Source: a candidate division WOR-3 bacterium (GTDB taxonomy: Bacteria; Hydrothermota; Tepidihabitantia; SM23-42; CAYGYG01). Taken from it: DNA of 64,000 nt. Shown piece after piece: positions 39,867 to 49,461 of this stretch (positions within the stretch are counted from its first letter, which is position 1; each line of letters starts with the position of its first letter). The stretch spans positions 85,711-149,710 of the forward strand of contig CBFGIV010000002.1 in the NCBI GenBank assembly GCA_965648915.1. The letters are read 5' to 3'. The translations under genes were made by a program, and so were the position numbers. Under the pieces are notes generated by a model. The model did not search any database. It was not told the origin of the DNA and saw only the letters and a list, made by a program, of their open reading frames with translations.

Positions 39867-40062
39867 ATTTAAGAGAAATTACAAAGTTTCTACAACCACA
39901 GGGGTTGTACCTTCGATTGTTATCAACAAAGTTCTTAATTTTTTATATAATATTGAGTATTATATTTAGACTTAGAAATTTATTATATCTGCGCTTCGAT
40001 TTTATTGCTTTTTCACCAGGATTCGGGTTAATTATATTCACAAGTATGCCAAAGTCAATATA

Positions 40063-40098
40063 ATAACAAAAAGGGGATAGCCATTTTTGACTATCCCC
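40063..40098 (-). terminator. Rho-independent terminator of pilin gene 1 (minus strand)
   Basis: Minus-strand GGGGATAG-N10-CTATCCCC followed by TTTTTGTTATT. Confidence 0.65.
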
Positions 40099-40117
40099 AG
40101 ATTACTGCTGATGGTTT

Positions 40118-40639
40118 TTAGTTGTGGAAGACCAGAATGGTATTGGAACGGATAGACCTGTAGTCTCTACCCCTTATTCCAATAATTCCATATTCTGTAG
40201 GATTAACTCCTGGCCAGATACCATATCGAATCTTACCAACATCGGCAGCTGCAAGCTGTATGTCATTGGCACCACCGAGTTTGATATCACTATTATCACC
40301 AGAAGCAGCGTAGGTATGTTTAATGAAATCAGCAATTACCATTACATTCCCAGTATAAGGGTTCTTTGGATATTTACCAGGTGTCTTCTGCACATCTTCA
40401 TCCCCACCAGGGAAATAATAGGCAAATCCTGGTGCAGGTTCTGGCCCGGTTGGATAGGCTCCATTAAAATCAACGGCATAGGCTTCACAGGAGAGCTGGG
40501 TTGTATGCATATTACCCTTGACACTTGACTGTCTGCCTCTTTCCTGCATAGCGATGAAGTTCGGGATCGCAATTGCAGCCAGAATACCGATAATGACGAC
40601 CACAACCATCAGTTCGATTAAGGTAAAGCCTCTTTTCAT
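40118..40639 (-). CDS. Type IV pilin / prepilin-type N-terminal cleavage-methylation domain protein (paralog 1)
   Basis: MKRGFTLIELMVVVVIIGILAAIAIPNF class III signal peptide; AGGAGG SD. Confidence 0.8.
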   Translation of the reverse strand: MKRGFTLIELMVVVVIIGILAAIAIPNFIAMQERGRQSSVKGNMHTTQLSCEAYAVDFNGAYPTGPEPAPGFAYYFPGGDEDVQKTPGKYPKNPYTGNVMVIADFIKHTYAASGDNSDIKLGGANDIQLAAADVGKIRYGIWPGVNPTEYGIIGIRGRDYRSIRSNTILVFHN

Positions 40640-40852
40640 TTTAACCTCCTTGGTGAATTACAATAAACTAATGTAATTCCAATTTTACTCATAACTCAAA
40701 TGCAGTGTGTCCCGGAGTTTTGATAGAGATTTTATTGGACAGGCTTGGGACACAGACCATTAGAAGATCTTTATTCCAATAAGCCTATTTATTATATCAT
40801 AAAATTAAAATAAGGTCAATGAGCAATTTTTCAATTTCTATTAATAAGTATA

Positions 40853-40869
40853 TGCAAAACTTGTGCCAC
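40853..40869 (-). promoter_or_regulatory. Sigma-54 (-24/-12) promoter, perfect consensus TGGCAC-N5-TTGCA, facing pilin gene 1
   Basis: Minus strand reads GTGGCACAAGTTTTGCA. Confidence 0.65.
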
Positions 40870-40926
40870 TAATAAGTATTGTTATATTAAGCATTATATC
40901 CTGCTCAATTATAGAATTTGCAATTT

Positions 40927-40944
40927 TTTTTGCAAAATGCAAAA
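40927..40944. promoter_or_regulatory. Putative enhancer (UAS) for the sigma-54 activator: TTTTGCAAAATGCAAAA
   Basis: TGCA-N3-TGCA dyad ~65 nt upstream of the -24 element; same element repeated at 41571-41590. Confidence 0.45.
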
Positions 40945-40952
40945 AATTATCT

Positions 40953-41492
40953 TCAGTTATGGAGAAGAAATATGATCATTCCTTCCCTTATTGACCTGCC
41001 GTCCTTACGACTGCCAATTATGCCATATTCGGTTGGCAATGTATTCGGTGGTGCAGGGGGTGGAAAGATACCGTAGCGAATCATACCGGCTCTTGGTGCC
41101 AGCCAGTCATTGGGTCCACCGATGCTACTATTACTATTCTCACCGGAATTACCATAATTAATAACCACGATATCAAGAGGGGTTAGGGGTAATGAGGTCC
41201 AGGGATTATTAGGATAAGTGCCGGGCCTTGTCTGTTTCTCTTCATCACCATTCGGAAAGTAATAGGCAAAACCATAAGGTGAGGTTTCTGGCCCAAGCGG
41301 ATAGATACCGCCGAAATCTGCGGCAAACATTTCGACCGAGAGATGGACTTCATGACAGTTGTTTTTGTGTGAGGCCTGGCGGGTCCTTTCCTGAATTGTT
41401 AAGTAGTTAGGAATAGCAATGGCGGCAATAACACCAATGATTACTAAAACTACCATAAGTTCGATCAGGGTAAATCCTTTTTTATCCTTCAT
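40953..41492 (-). CDS. Type IV pilin / prepilin-type N-terminal cleavage-methylation domain protein (paralog 2)
   Basis: MKDKKGFTLIELMVVLVIIGVIAAIAIPNY; shares the YGFAYYFPNGDE block with paralog 1. Confidence 0.8.
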   Translation of the reverse strand: MKDKKGFTLIELMVVLVIIGVIAAIAIPNYLTIQERTRQASHKNNCHEVHLSVEMFAADFGGIYPLGPETSPYGFAYYFPNGDEEKQTRPGTYPNNPWTSLPLTPLDIVVINYGNSGENSNSSIGGPNDWLAPRAGMIRYGIFPPPAPPNTLPTEYGIIGSRKDGRSIREGMIIFLLHN

Positions 41493-41506
41493 AATGACAA
41501 TTTAAT

Positions 41507-41524
41507 AAGCAAAAATTATGCCTG
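41507..41524 (-). promoter_or_regulatory. Candidate sigma-54-like -24/-12 element (AGGCAT-N5-TTGCT) upstream of pilin gene 2; only ~5 nt of leader predicted
   Basis: GG-N10-GC spacing present on the minus strand; weaker match than the pilin 1 promoter. Confidence 0.3.
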
Positions 41525-41570
41525 AATAATTTACTGAAAAATCAGAGGTTTTAATCGAGTTTTCATAATA

Positions 41571-41590
41571 TTTTTGCATTTTGCAAAAAT
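41571..41590. promoter_or_regulatory. Second copy of the TTTTTGCA-N3-TGCAAAAATTAT putative UAS
   Basis: TTTTTGCATTTTGCAAAAAT abuts the stop codon of the regulator gene. Confidence 0.45.
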
Positions 41591-42876
41591 TATCCCTTCC
41601 TTATCTTTTTAAGTTTTCGATAGAGGGTTGACGGATGCATCCCGAGCCGGTGGGCGGCCCGGACCACATTCCCTTTTTCTATCTTTAAGGTCTTAGTAAT
41701 CTCTTTGTATTCAATCTCAGCCAGAGAAGATGTGGTAATTTTGGGCTCAAAGGATGGGAAGAACTGGGGGGTGATAATGGACTTATCACAGAGGATTGCC
41801 ATTCTCTCCACAACATTCTCCAGCTCCCGGATATTACCCGGCCAGTGATACTCTTTTAATGCCTTGATTGTCTCCTTAGCAAATGTCTTCTCTTTTATGC
41901 CCATCTTCTGGCAGATATTTTTGAGGAAGTGTTCGGCTAATATAGGGATATCTTCAACCCTTTCTCTCAGTGGGGGCAGGAGAATCGGGAAGACATTGAT
42001 TCGAAAGTAGAGGTCTTCGCGGAATTTTCCCCGGGCGACTTCTTCCTCAAGATTCTTATTGGTTGCGGCAATGAGGCGGACATCAACTTTGATCGGAGTG
42101 GTGGAGCCAAGAGGGACAATCTCTTTTTCCTGAAGCAGTCTTAAGATCTTCATCTGGATTGATGCCGGTGCATCGCCGATCTCGTCGAGGAAGAAACTCC
42201 CCTGATCGGCGGCAAGGAGGAGTCCTTCTTTATCCTGATGCGCACCGGTGAAGGCGCCTTTCTTATAGCCAAAGAGTTCACTCTCGAGAAGGGTCTCCGG
42301 GACTGCAGCACAAGAGAGGGTGATGAATGGTTTGGAACTGCGATTTGATCTTTGATGAATCTCCTTTGCAAATAGTTCTTTACCGGTCCCGCTCTCACCC
42401 AGGATCAAGACCGTGGCATCGGTGTTAGCAACCCGATCGACCAGTTCTAATGCCTTCCTGATGGTTTCGCTTTTACCAATGATTGCTGAGGATTCGACCG
42501 GTTTAATCTTTTTCGGTCTCAATACCGCATCGAGCCTTTGATAGAGTTCATTCAGGGTGAAGGGTTTTAAGAGATAGTCGTTTGCCCCGCCCCTTAATGC
42601 CTCGATCGCCGATTCCATCGAACCATAGGCGGTTATAAATATGACTGGTAAATCGCTATCAATCTTCTTGGCCTCTCGTAAAAATTTAAATCCATCCATA
42701 TCAGGCATCTTGATATCGGAGATGACACAGTCGATCTTCTCTTTTTTTACTAAGTTGAGTGCGGTATGAGGATCGGTCGTTGGAACGGGGAGGTAATTTT
42801 TCTGTTTTAAGGCGACGGAAATCCAGTCGACCATACTCTGCTCATCGTCAAGGACCAGGACACGAAATTTCTCCAT
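41590..42876 (-). CDS. Sigma-54-dependent two-component response regulator (NtrC/PilR family: REC + AAA+ + Fis-type HTH)
   Basis: Receiver Asp (VISDIKMPDMDG); Walker A GESGTGKE; GAFTGA sigma-54 contact motif; C-terminal HTH AAHRLGMHPSTLYRKLKK. Confidence 0.9.
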   Translation of the reverse strand: MEKFRVLVLDDEQSMVDWISVALKQKNYLPVPTTDPHTALNLVKKEKIDCVISDIKMPDMDGFKFLREAKKIDSDLPVIFITAYGSMESAIEALRGGANDYLLKPFTLNELYQRLDAVLRPKKIKPVESSAIIGKSETIRKALELVDRVANTDATVLILGESGTGKELFAKEIHQRSNRSSKPFITLSCAAVPETLLESELFGYKKGAFTGAHQDKEGLLLAADQGSFFLDEIGDAPASIQMKILRLLQEKEIVPLGSTTPIKVDVRLIAATNKNLEEEVARGKFREDLYFRINVFPILLPPLRERVEDIPILAEHFLKNICQKMGIKEKTFAKETIKALKEYHWPGNIRELENVVERMAILCDKSIITPQFFPSFEPKITTSSLAEIEYKEITKTLKIEKGNVVRAAHRLGMHPSTLYRKLKKIRKG

Positions 42877-42905
42877 AAATAATTATAATATTATTTTAGG
42901 AAAAG

Positions 42906-43679
42906 TCAAGGAGCAATACCGGTCTTCTGGGCAAAGAGAAGATATGCAGTATGGGTGATGGACCGTTCTCTTGGCCTTGTGCCGGTGTGGCGAATTAAGA
43001 TCTCGCGCATCATAATCTCACTGGTCTCAATCCGCTTAAAATTCTTAATCTCGAGTATCTCTTTGGTTTTTTTAATCTGTTCGATATTCGGGCTGAGACT
43101 GACCAGATGGTGGCCACCGGCGAGGGCAATGCTTGCGGGCTCGATTACAGTCCAGGGTTCGGGTATATCGATAAATATGGCATCGACCTCTTTATGCTTT
43201 AACCCTTCCTTTGCTACATCAGACAGGATAAATTCTACATAATCTGAAAGTCCACACCGTGTCAGATTCTTCTTACTAACTTCGATAAATTCACTCCGCC
43301 TTTCATAGGTATAGATCTTTCCATCGGGCTGGACCATCCGGGCGAGAAGAAGGGTAAGGGCACCACTGCCGGTTCCGATCTCAATTACCTTTGAACCCGG
43401 TCCGATTGCGGTCTTCAAGACCATCATCCCTGCATCCTTAGGGTAAACGATTGTTGTCTGCCTTCGGACCTTCATCATCAGATCGGCAATCGATGGTTTT
43501 AAGAGATAGAACGGTTTATTTAAGTGGGTCTTGAGTTCAGCACCAAATCTCTGCCCGATGATTTCATCTAATTTTATATTGCCTTGATGGGTCGAAAAAG
43601 TCAAACCACGCTTTATCTCAAGCAGGTATTCACTCTTTTCATCAAAATAGATAATAACCAGGTCGCCTTCTTTAATCAT
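42906..43679 (-). CDS. trmI: tRNA (adenine-N1)-methyltransferase, TrmI/Gcd14 family
   Basis: N-terminal beta-domain then VIEIGTGSGALT SAM motif; TrmI-like length. Confidence 0.75.
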   Translation of the reverse strand: MIKEGDLVIIYFDEKSEYLLEIKRGLTFSTHQGNIKLDEIIGQRFGAELKTHLNKPFYLLKPSIADLMMKVRRQTTIVYPKDAGMMVLKTAIGPGSKVIEIGTGSGALTLLLARMVQPDGKIYTYERRSEFIEVSKKNLTRCGLSDYVEFILSDVAKEGLKHKEVDAIFIDIPEPWTVIEPASIALAGGHHLVSLSPNIEQIKKTKEILEIKNFKRIETSEIMMREILIRHTGTRPRERSITHTAYLLFAQKTGIAP

Positions 43680-44421
43680 AATGCCTCAGAAGAATTGTCG
43701 TAAGGGAAAAGAGATTTATCCATCTTGATTTGATTCTTTCCCACTGGTAGAAGAGTTTAGGCCGCCCGGTGATCTTTATCTTAAGGGTTCGACAATTGTC
43801 CGTAACATAGATCGGTTCTTTGGCTATTGCCATCGGAAAGTTATTAACCGAAAAGCCACCAAAACCGAACTGGTAACCGGCCCGGCGTGCGGCATTGATA
43901 ACCGGATTGTTGACCCGATTAAAAGGAAATGAGATTGAATGGATTGGTCCGATATTCTTTTCTAAGATTTCCTTAGAATAGTTCAGTTCATATTCGAGTT
44001 CGTCCTGAGAAAGGCGGGTTAGATCCGGATGGGTAACCGTATGAGACCCAAACTCAATGCCAGCCGCGTGCATCTCTAATATTTCATTCCAATCGAGGTG
44101 CCTTCCCCGCGGGGTTAAAAATGGCAGATCCCATCTGTTTTCCTTACCGATATAGCCGGTAATCAAAAAGACCAGGACTTTGATCTTATACTCCCGGACG
44201 ATGGGGGTGAGATTTTGATAGAGTGAGACATCACCATCATCAAAGGTGATGATGATAGGCCGGACGATATGCTCATCTTTTAAATCCTGGGGTAAGACCG
44301 GGACAAACCCGAGATTGGAGATTGTCTTTATGAAATTTTCAAACTGTCCGGGTGTATTATAGGTTCCGCCCGGATAGAAACGATTTAGAATTTTATGAAA
44401 CTGAAGCACTTTTAAGTTCAT
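43672..44421 (-). CDS. Polysaccharide deacetylase (NodB homology domain) protein
   Basis: IIITFDDGDVSLYQN motif 1 with catalytic Asp-Asp; His motif FGSHTVTHPDL; start trimmed to ATG 44421, just after the MFS stop. Confidence 0.75.
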   Translation of the reverse strand: MNLKVLQFHKILNRFYPGGTYNTPGQFENFIKTISNLGFVPVLPQDLKDEHIVRPIIITFDDGDVSLYQNLTPIVREYKIKVLVFLITGYIGKENRWDLPFLTPRGRHLDWNEILEMHAAGIEFGSHTVTHPDLTRLSQDELEYELNYSKEILEKNIGPIHSISFPFNRVNNPVINAARRAGYQFGFGGFSVNNFPMAIAKEPIYVTDNCRTLKIKITGRPKLFYQWERIKSRWINLFSLTTILLRHYD

Positions 44422-44426
44422 AGAGA

Positions 44427-45704
44427 TCAACTTCTGGTCCGGATCAGCCCGATGCCCAGATAGATTGATGAACAGGTTATCAGGATACCGATAAAGATGA
44501 AGAGATACTTCCTGGTGATGAAAGTCGAAAGAGAACCGATCAGGGCCGCAGACAGGGCAAATGTAACATTGAGAAGCCACTCTCTGATACCAAATATTCT
44601 GCCCCGAGCCTTTTCGGAGATTTCTTGATGGATAATAGTATCTTGGGCGATGATGATTGGTTGGGCTAAAAATCCGGCGCCAAGACTCAAAAGGGCAAGC
44701 ACCCAGAAGTTTTTTATAAAGGAGAAGAGGAAGACGAAAGCACCAATGAATATAAAACCGCCGATCATTGCGTTGATCAGTTCGAATTTATGGCCGATCA
44801 GACCAAAGAGAAAGGCACCCAAAATAAGACCGATTGCGCCGATGGCGCCAAGGAGTCCAACTCCTTTTGTCCCCAGATTGAAGTCGATCTGGATGGTCGG
44901 AATAGCAAGGACATAAACGGTGCTGGCACTGATGACAAGAAGGAAGATTGAGCCCAAGGCAAAGGTGACGCGACGATTCTTGAGGCAGAGATACAAGGCT
45001 TCTTTGATTTTCGAATACGCCGTCTTGAACGGTTGAGTTATACTCTTCACATTCAGAATGGAGAACTTTGTTTCCGGGGGGATAAATTTAAGCGAGATAA
45101 AAGAGATCAAAAACGCCGAGACGGTAAAACAGAAGGCATCGAGGTAAAAACCTGCCTGCCATCCCTCGATATTGAATATAACCTTCCACACCGGCCAGTC
45201 GATGATGAATCCAGCAGTAAGCATCCCGACGAAGGTTGCCGCCCGGTTTACAAAAGAGACGGCTGAATTGCCGACGAGAATTGCCTCCTGACCAACCAGA
45301 TTGGGAATGATTGCAAGCCGGGTAGTATTGGCAAAGAGGTTCATTAAGAAGATAAAGAAGACGATGGCAAAGGCAGGATAGATATTTCTGCTTATCAGGA
45401 ATATGGTTGGTAGAAGAAGTGCGAGAAGGGCGCGTATTAAATAACTGATCTGGAGGATCTTTTTTCTATTCCAGCGGTCGATCAGAATACCCGAGATCGG
45501 GCCAAAAAGAAAGACCGGTGCAGTGAAGAAGATAGCCATCAGGGCAAGATAGAAGGATGCCTTATCTTTATAAAGTCCAATTAATCCGATCAGGGCAATG
45601 TAATCAATTTTGTCACCAAGTTGAGTCAAGATCTGGCTGACCAAAAAGAAGTTGAAGTCTCTTTTCTTAAAAATCAGGGCTGTCAGTTTTTTTTCTTGGA
45701 CCAC
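44427..45704 (-). CDS. MFS transporter
   Basis: 12 predicted TM helices; GxLxDRxxRK-like loop (ILIDRWNRKKIL). Confidence 0.7.
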   Translation of the reverse strand: MVQEKKLTALIFKKRDFNFFLVSQILTQLGDKIDYIALIGLIGLYKDKASFYLALMAIFFTAPVFLFGPISGILIDRWNRKKILQISYLIRALLALLLPTIFLISRNIYPAFAIVFFIFLMNLFANTTRLAIIPNLVGQEAILVGNSAVSFVNRAATFVGMLTAGFIIDWPVWKVIFNIEGWQAGFYLDAFCFTVSAFLISFISLKFIPPETKFSILNVKSITQPFKTAYSKIKEALYLCLKNRRVTFALGSIFLLVISASTVYVLAIPTIQIDFNLGTKGVGLLGAIGAIGLILGAFLFGLIGHKFELINAMIGGFIFIGAFVFLFSFIKNFWVLALLSLGAGFLAQPIIIAQDTIIHQEISEKARGRIFGIREWLLNVTFALSAALIGSLSTFITRKYLFIFIGILITCSSIYLGIGLIRTRS

Positions 45705-46812
45705 GCTCGGCAGCCTCTTTATAAAAATTTTCGATATCCCTTGTTATTTTTCTCCAGTCGTAGAGTAGTGCCTTCCTGCGCCCTGCCTCACCTAACTTAA
45801 GGCCGAGTTCCCTATTTTTCAATATTTTAATAGCGACATCGGCTATTGAATCAGGATCACCGACCCGGAAGAAGAGTCCCTCTTCACCTTGCGTAAGGAC
45901 CGAATGGAACCCATCGATATCAGCAGCGATAATGGGTCGGGCAGAGGCCATTGCTTCTAAGAGCACAATACCAAAACTCTCCAGGCCGATTGAAGGGGCA
46001 CAGAAGAGGTCACAGGATGCATAATAACTGGCCATCTCATCCGGTGCCACCTTGCCCACCAGGATGACTTTCTCTTTCAGATCGCGCTCAATCAACCGCC
46101 GGCAGAGGGAATCGGGTTTACCATCGCCCACAATCACCAGAGTAACATCTGGAAAAACCTTGAGAATTTTGGGGAGGGCCTGGATCAGGTATTTTAATCC
46201 TTTTCTCGGTTCCAGGCGGTTGACGAAGAGGATGATTGGTTTACGATTTATGAGTTCTTTTCTCGGTTGTACGCGGGGGTTGAAGCGTTCAGTATCGACG
46301 CCATTCGGGATGATATGGTATTCACCAGGAAAGTATCGGGCCATTGCATTCCGGGCAACTTCTGAGACGGCAATCAGACCGTGGAGTCGGGAGAAATACT
46401 GTTCGAGGATCGGGGTAAAAAGAGTATAACCGATACTGGAGACAAGGGCGGAATGGAAAGTGGCAATATTGGTTGTGGTTGAATATCTGAGGGCAAGATA
46501 AGGAAGGACTGGAGCGATTGGCCCCTGGATATGGATGATGTCAAAATTTTCACCTGTTAGAAAATCTTTTACCTGGCGGGAGAGATTGTAACCGAGGGTT
46601 ATCAGGTAATGCGAGCCAGCCTTCCGGAACTTAAATGCCCGGCCAATACGGTGCACATCTGGATCCCGATCATACGAATTTCCACCATATTCAGAAGTTA
46701 GGATTTTAACTTTATGCCCCAACTCTTTCAGATTTAGTTTCAAGTTGTAGATGTGCTCGGAAATTCCACCAATGAAGGGATAATAGACTTCAGTGACGAT
46801 ACAGATTTTCAT
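45667..46812 (-). CDS. Glycosyltransferase family 4 (GT-B fold)
   Basis: N-terminus KICIVTEVYYPFIGGISEH; C-terminal E-x7-E region (SIGLESFGIVLLEAMA). Confidence 0.8.
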   Translation of the reverse strand: MKICIVTEVYYPFIGGISEHIYNLKLNLKELGHKVKILTSEYGGNSYDRDPDVHRIGRAFKFRKAGSHYLITLGYNLSRQVKDFLTGENFDIIHIQGPIAPVLPYLALRYSTTTNIATFHSALVSSIGYTLFTPILEQYFSRLHGLIAVSEVARNAMARYFPGEYHIIPNGVDTERFNPRVQPRKELINRKPIILFVNRLEPRKGLKYLIQALPKILKVFPDVTLVIVGDGKPDSLCRRLIERDLKEKVILVGKVAPDEMASYYASCDLFCAPSIGLESFGIVLLEAMASARPIIAADIDGFHSVLTQGEEGLFFRVGDPDSIADVAIKILKNRELGLKLGEAGRRKALLYDWRKITRDIENFYKEAAERGPRKKTDSPDF

Positions 46813-47244
46813 TTAAACCCCGGTGTGACCAAATCCACCATTCCCCCGTCTGGTCTTAGAAAGTCTTTGGGCACGGACATATTTGACCCGTGGGACCGGT
46901 TTTATCAACAGTTGGGCGATGCGCATTCCGGATTTTACCCGAAAAGATTTTTTTGAAAGGTTAAAGAGGACAATCTCGATCTCTCCCCGATAATCCGCAT
47001 CGATCGTTCCGGGAGTGTTGAGGATACCGATACCATAATTTTTAGCCAGACCGCTTCTTGGTCGGATTTCGCCTTCAAACCCTTTTGGTATTTCAAGCAT
47101 CAGACCGGTGGGTATCGCCTTATACTCTCCTGGCCTTATAATAATATCCTGTTCGTTAGCAGAATAGAGGTCGGCACCGGCTGCATCAGCCGATTGATAA
47201 TGCGGGGCAAATTTCCCCTTAAATTTTACCTTCAGTTGAGCCAT
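46813..47244 (-). CDS. dut: dUTP diphosphatase
   Basis: AGADLYS; IPTGL; C-terminal RGNGGFGHTG motif 5. Confidence 0.85.
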   Translation of the reverse strand: MAQLKVKFKGKFAPHYQSADAAGADLYSANEQDIIIRPGEYKAIPTGLMLEIPKGFEGEIRPRSGLAKNYGIGILNTPGTIDADYRGEIEIVLFNLSKKSFRVKSGMRIAQLLIKPVPRVKYVRAQRLSKTRRGNGGFGHTGV

Positions 47245-48074
47245 TCTGATTGAAATATAAACCACTGGGTTGGATATTTTCGGATCGTCTGTTCGTATTT
47301 AGAGATCAGTTGAGCGGAGAAGGAATCGTCTGCCTTGAGCACCCGGGCCTCTTCAATAAATGCTGAATAGCGATGAGGACTTTGATCACTAAGCACAATA
47401 TAACAGAAGGCAACCGGGGTCTTGAGTGCAGAGGCTAAACGGACCGGTCCTTGAGGTACTTTACGCCAGCCGTTAAAGAATTTCATCTTCTTTCCGGAGT
47501 TATTCAAATCACGATCGCCGATCAGGCCTAACAGATGGTTGTTTTTTAAGATCCAGCGATAAATAAATGGGGAGGTATTTGAAGGGATGATCTTGATACC
47601 GGTGTGTTCACGCCTTTTTTTATAAAAAGTGAACAGGTCCGGTGGGGTTGGTTCGGCTACGGCAAAAAGTGGAAATTTCAATGCGCCGAGGAGACACCCT
47701 AATAGATCCCAGTTCCCGAGATGGAGACTGGTAAGGATTAGTCCTCTTCTTTTTTTTAAGGCCTGATCAATATGTTCGATCCCCTTTATATCGACCAGAT
47801 TGATGATCTCTTCTGGATCAAGATAAGGAAGACGCAGGGTGTCGACCAGACTGCGGGCATAGTTGTGAAAGGTTTTACGAACATAGCGCAGGAGAGTTTT
47901 TTTATCGATATTACAGTCGAATACCTTACTGAGATTTGTCTCAACGGCCCGGCGCGGTCCCTTCAGGAGATAAAAAGCAATATCGGCAAAAATCAATGCA
48001 ATCCGGTCGAGGATGTGAACCGGGAGGTATTTGGTCAAAGGGCCGATTAACCGATAGAGATAGACCGGCGTCAT
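47232..48074 (-). CDS. Lipid A biosynthesis (LpxL/HtrB-type) lysophospholipid acyltransferase family protein
   Basis: HLGNWD acyltransferase H-x4-D/E-like motif; PF03279-like length. Confidence 0.55.
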   Translation of the reverse strand: MTPVYLYRLIGPLTKYLPVHILDRIALIFADIAFYLLKGPRRAVETNLSKVFDCNIDKKTLLRYVRKTFHNYARSLVDTLRLPYLDPEEIINLVDIKGIEHIDQALKKRRGLILTSLHLGNWDLLGCLLGALKFPLFAVAEPTPPDLFTFYKKRREHTGIKIIPSNTSPFIYRWILKNNHLLGLIGDRDLNNSGKKMKFFNGWRKVPQGPVRLASALKTPVAFCYIVLSDQSPHRYSAFIEEARVLKADDSFSAQLISKYEQTIRKYPTQWFIFQSEWLN

Positions 48075-49264
48075 TTTTTAACTCTGTATTTTTGCAGCGC
48101 AATCTTGAGAATATCGAGGGCGTCAACCAGGTTCTTCTCCTTCAAGACATAGGCGATCCGGACTTCATTTTTGCCTTTATCGAGTGAGGTATAAAAACCA
48201 TTGGCCGGAGCAAGCATTGTTGTCTTGTTGCGATAGGCAAAGTCGGTCAAGAGCCAGGCACAGAAATGGTCGGCATCAATGACCGGTAATCGAACCACTG
48301 TATAGAAGGCACCTTCGGGTTTGTGGCAATATACCCCTTCCATCTCGGTAAGTTTATCATAGAGAATATTGCGTCGATGCTCATATTCAGCAATCATCGG
48401 TCTGATATACTTATTGATATGTTTATAAGCAGCGATTGCTCCGATCTGCTCAAGGGTTGGAGGGCAGAGGCGGGCCTGACCAAATTTTAAGACTGCATCA
48501 AAGACCTTCTTATTACGGGTAATCAGACAGCCGACCCGGGCACCACAGGCCGAGAACCTCTTCGATATGCTATCCATCACGATGACCCGGTCTTTGATTT
48601 CAAAAAGTTCAAGGGCACTGACATGGTGTCTTTTATCGTAAGTAAATTCACGATAGACTTCATCGGCGAGGAGGAAGAGATTATATTTTTTTACAATCTT
48701 AGAGAGAAGATATAACTCTTCTTCAGTGTAGACAGTTCCAGTGGGATTGTTGGGGTTGCAGATGAGGATGGCCCTGGTCCGCGGTGTAATCTTCTCGACA
48801 ATCTTCTCATAAGGGGGTAGATGAAATCCCTCTTCAACCCGGGTCTGGATCGGAACGAGTTTTATCTGGGCCATAATCGAAAAACCATTGTAATTTGTAT
48901 AGAATGGTTCAAAGACAATGATTTCGTCAAAGACATCACATACAGTCATCATTGCAAAAATGATTGCTTCACTGCCCCCGGTCGTAATCCAGACATTATC
49001 GAGTTCAATATTAATACCCAGATCCTTAAAATAATTTACAATCTCCAGTCTCAATTCGACCAGCCCACCGGATGGGCCATATTCAAGTACCTTCTCCTTA
49101 TAGTTCTGGATTGCTTTATAAATCTCAGCGGGAGTTTCGATGTCGGGTTGACCAATATTGAGATGATAGACACTGACACCTTTCTTCTTTGCTGCATCAG
49201 CCAGTGAGGCAAGTTTTCTAATTGGTGAACTGGGCATCTCATTAGCCCGTTTGGAAATTTCCAT
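48071..49264 (-). CDS. Pyridoxal-phosphate-dependent aminotransferase, class I/II (aspartate aminotransferase-like)
   Basis: SPIRKL N-terminus; NPNNPTG; SISKRFSACGARVG PLP-lysine region. Confidence 0.85.
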   Translation of the reverse strand: MEISKRANEMPSSPIRKLASLADAAKKKGVSVYHLNIGQPDIETPAEIYKAIQNYKEKVLEYGPSGGLVELRLEIVNYFKDLGINIELDNVWITTGGSEAIIFAMMTVCDVFDEIIVFEPFYTNYNGFSIMAQIKLVPIQTRVEEGFHLPPYEKIVEKITPRTRAILICNPNNPTGTVYTEEELYLLSKIVKKYNLFLLADEVYREFTYDKRHHVSALELFEIKDRVIVMDSISKRFSACGARVGCLITRNKKVFDAVLKFGQARLCPPTLEQIGAIAAYKHINKYIRPMIAEYEHRRNILYDKLTEMEGVYCHKPEGAFYTVVRLPVIDADHFCAWLLTDFAYRNKTTMLAPANGFYTSLDKGKNEVRIAYVLKEKNLVDALDILKIALQKYRVKK

Positions 49265-49360
49265 TAGACCTCCTCGAAAATTACCAACAACAAAGACCTC
49301 TTAATAGAAATCAGCCAATTACTCACGGTTAAAACTATTTATTAGCGCAGTGTTATGTTT

Positions 49361-49389
49361 ATTATATTCATATCCGACCTTAATGTCAA
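49361..49389 (-). promoter_or_regulatory. Consensus sigma-70 promoter (TTGACA-N17-TATAAT) on the minus strand for the aminotransferase operon
   Basis: Minus strand reads TTGACATTAAGGTCGGATATGAATATAAT. Confidence 0.6.
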
Positions 49390-49461
49390 GAGAGTCTGGC
49401 GATCACTCAATGGTGTAAGCCTTTGTTAAACGATCAAAATTTTATTTGCCGGTTTCAGTTT

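Noticed and set aside
41507-41524. Firm sigma-54 promoter for pilin gene 2
   Set aside because: GG-N10-GC is present but the hexamers are degenerate and the predicted TSS leaves ~5 nt of leader. It is kept only as a low-confidence feature.
44427-44580. Long N-terminal extension of the polysaccharide deacetylase overlapping the MFS gene by ~150 nt
   Set aside because: Internal ATG 44421 sits 5 nt after the MFS stop and precedes the conserved NodB domain.
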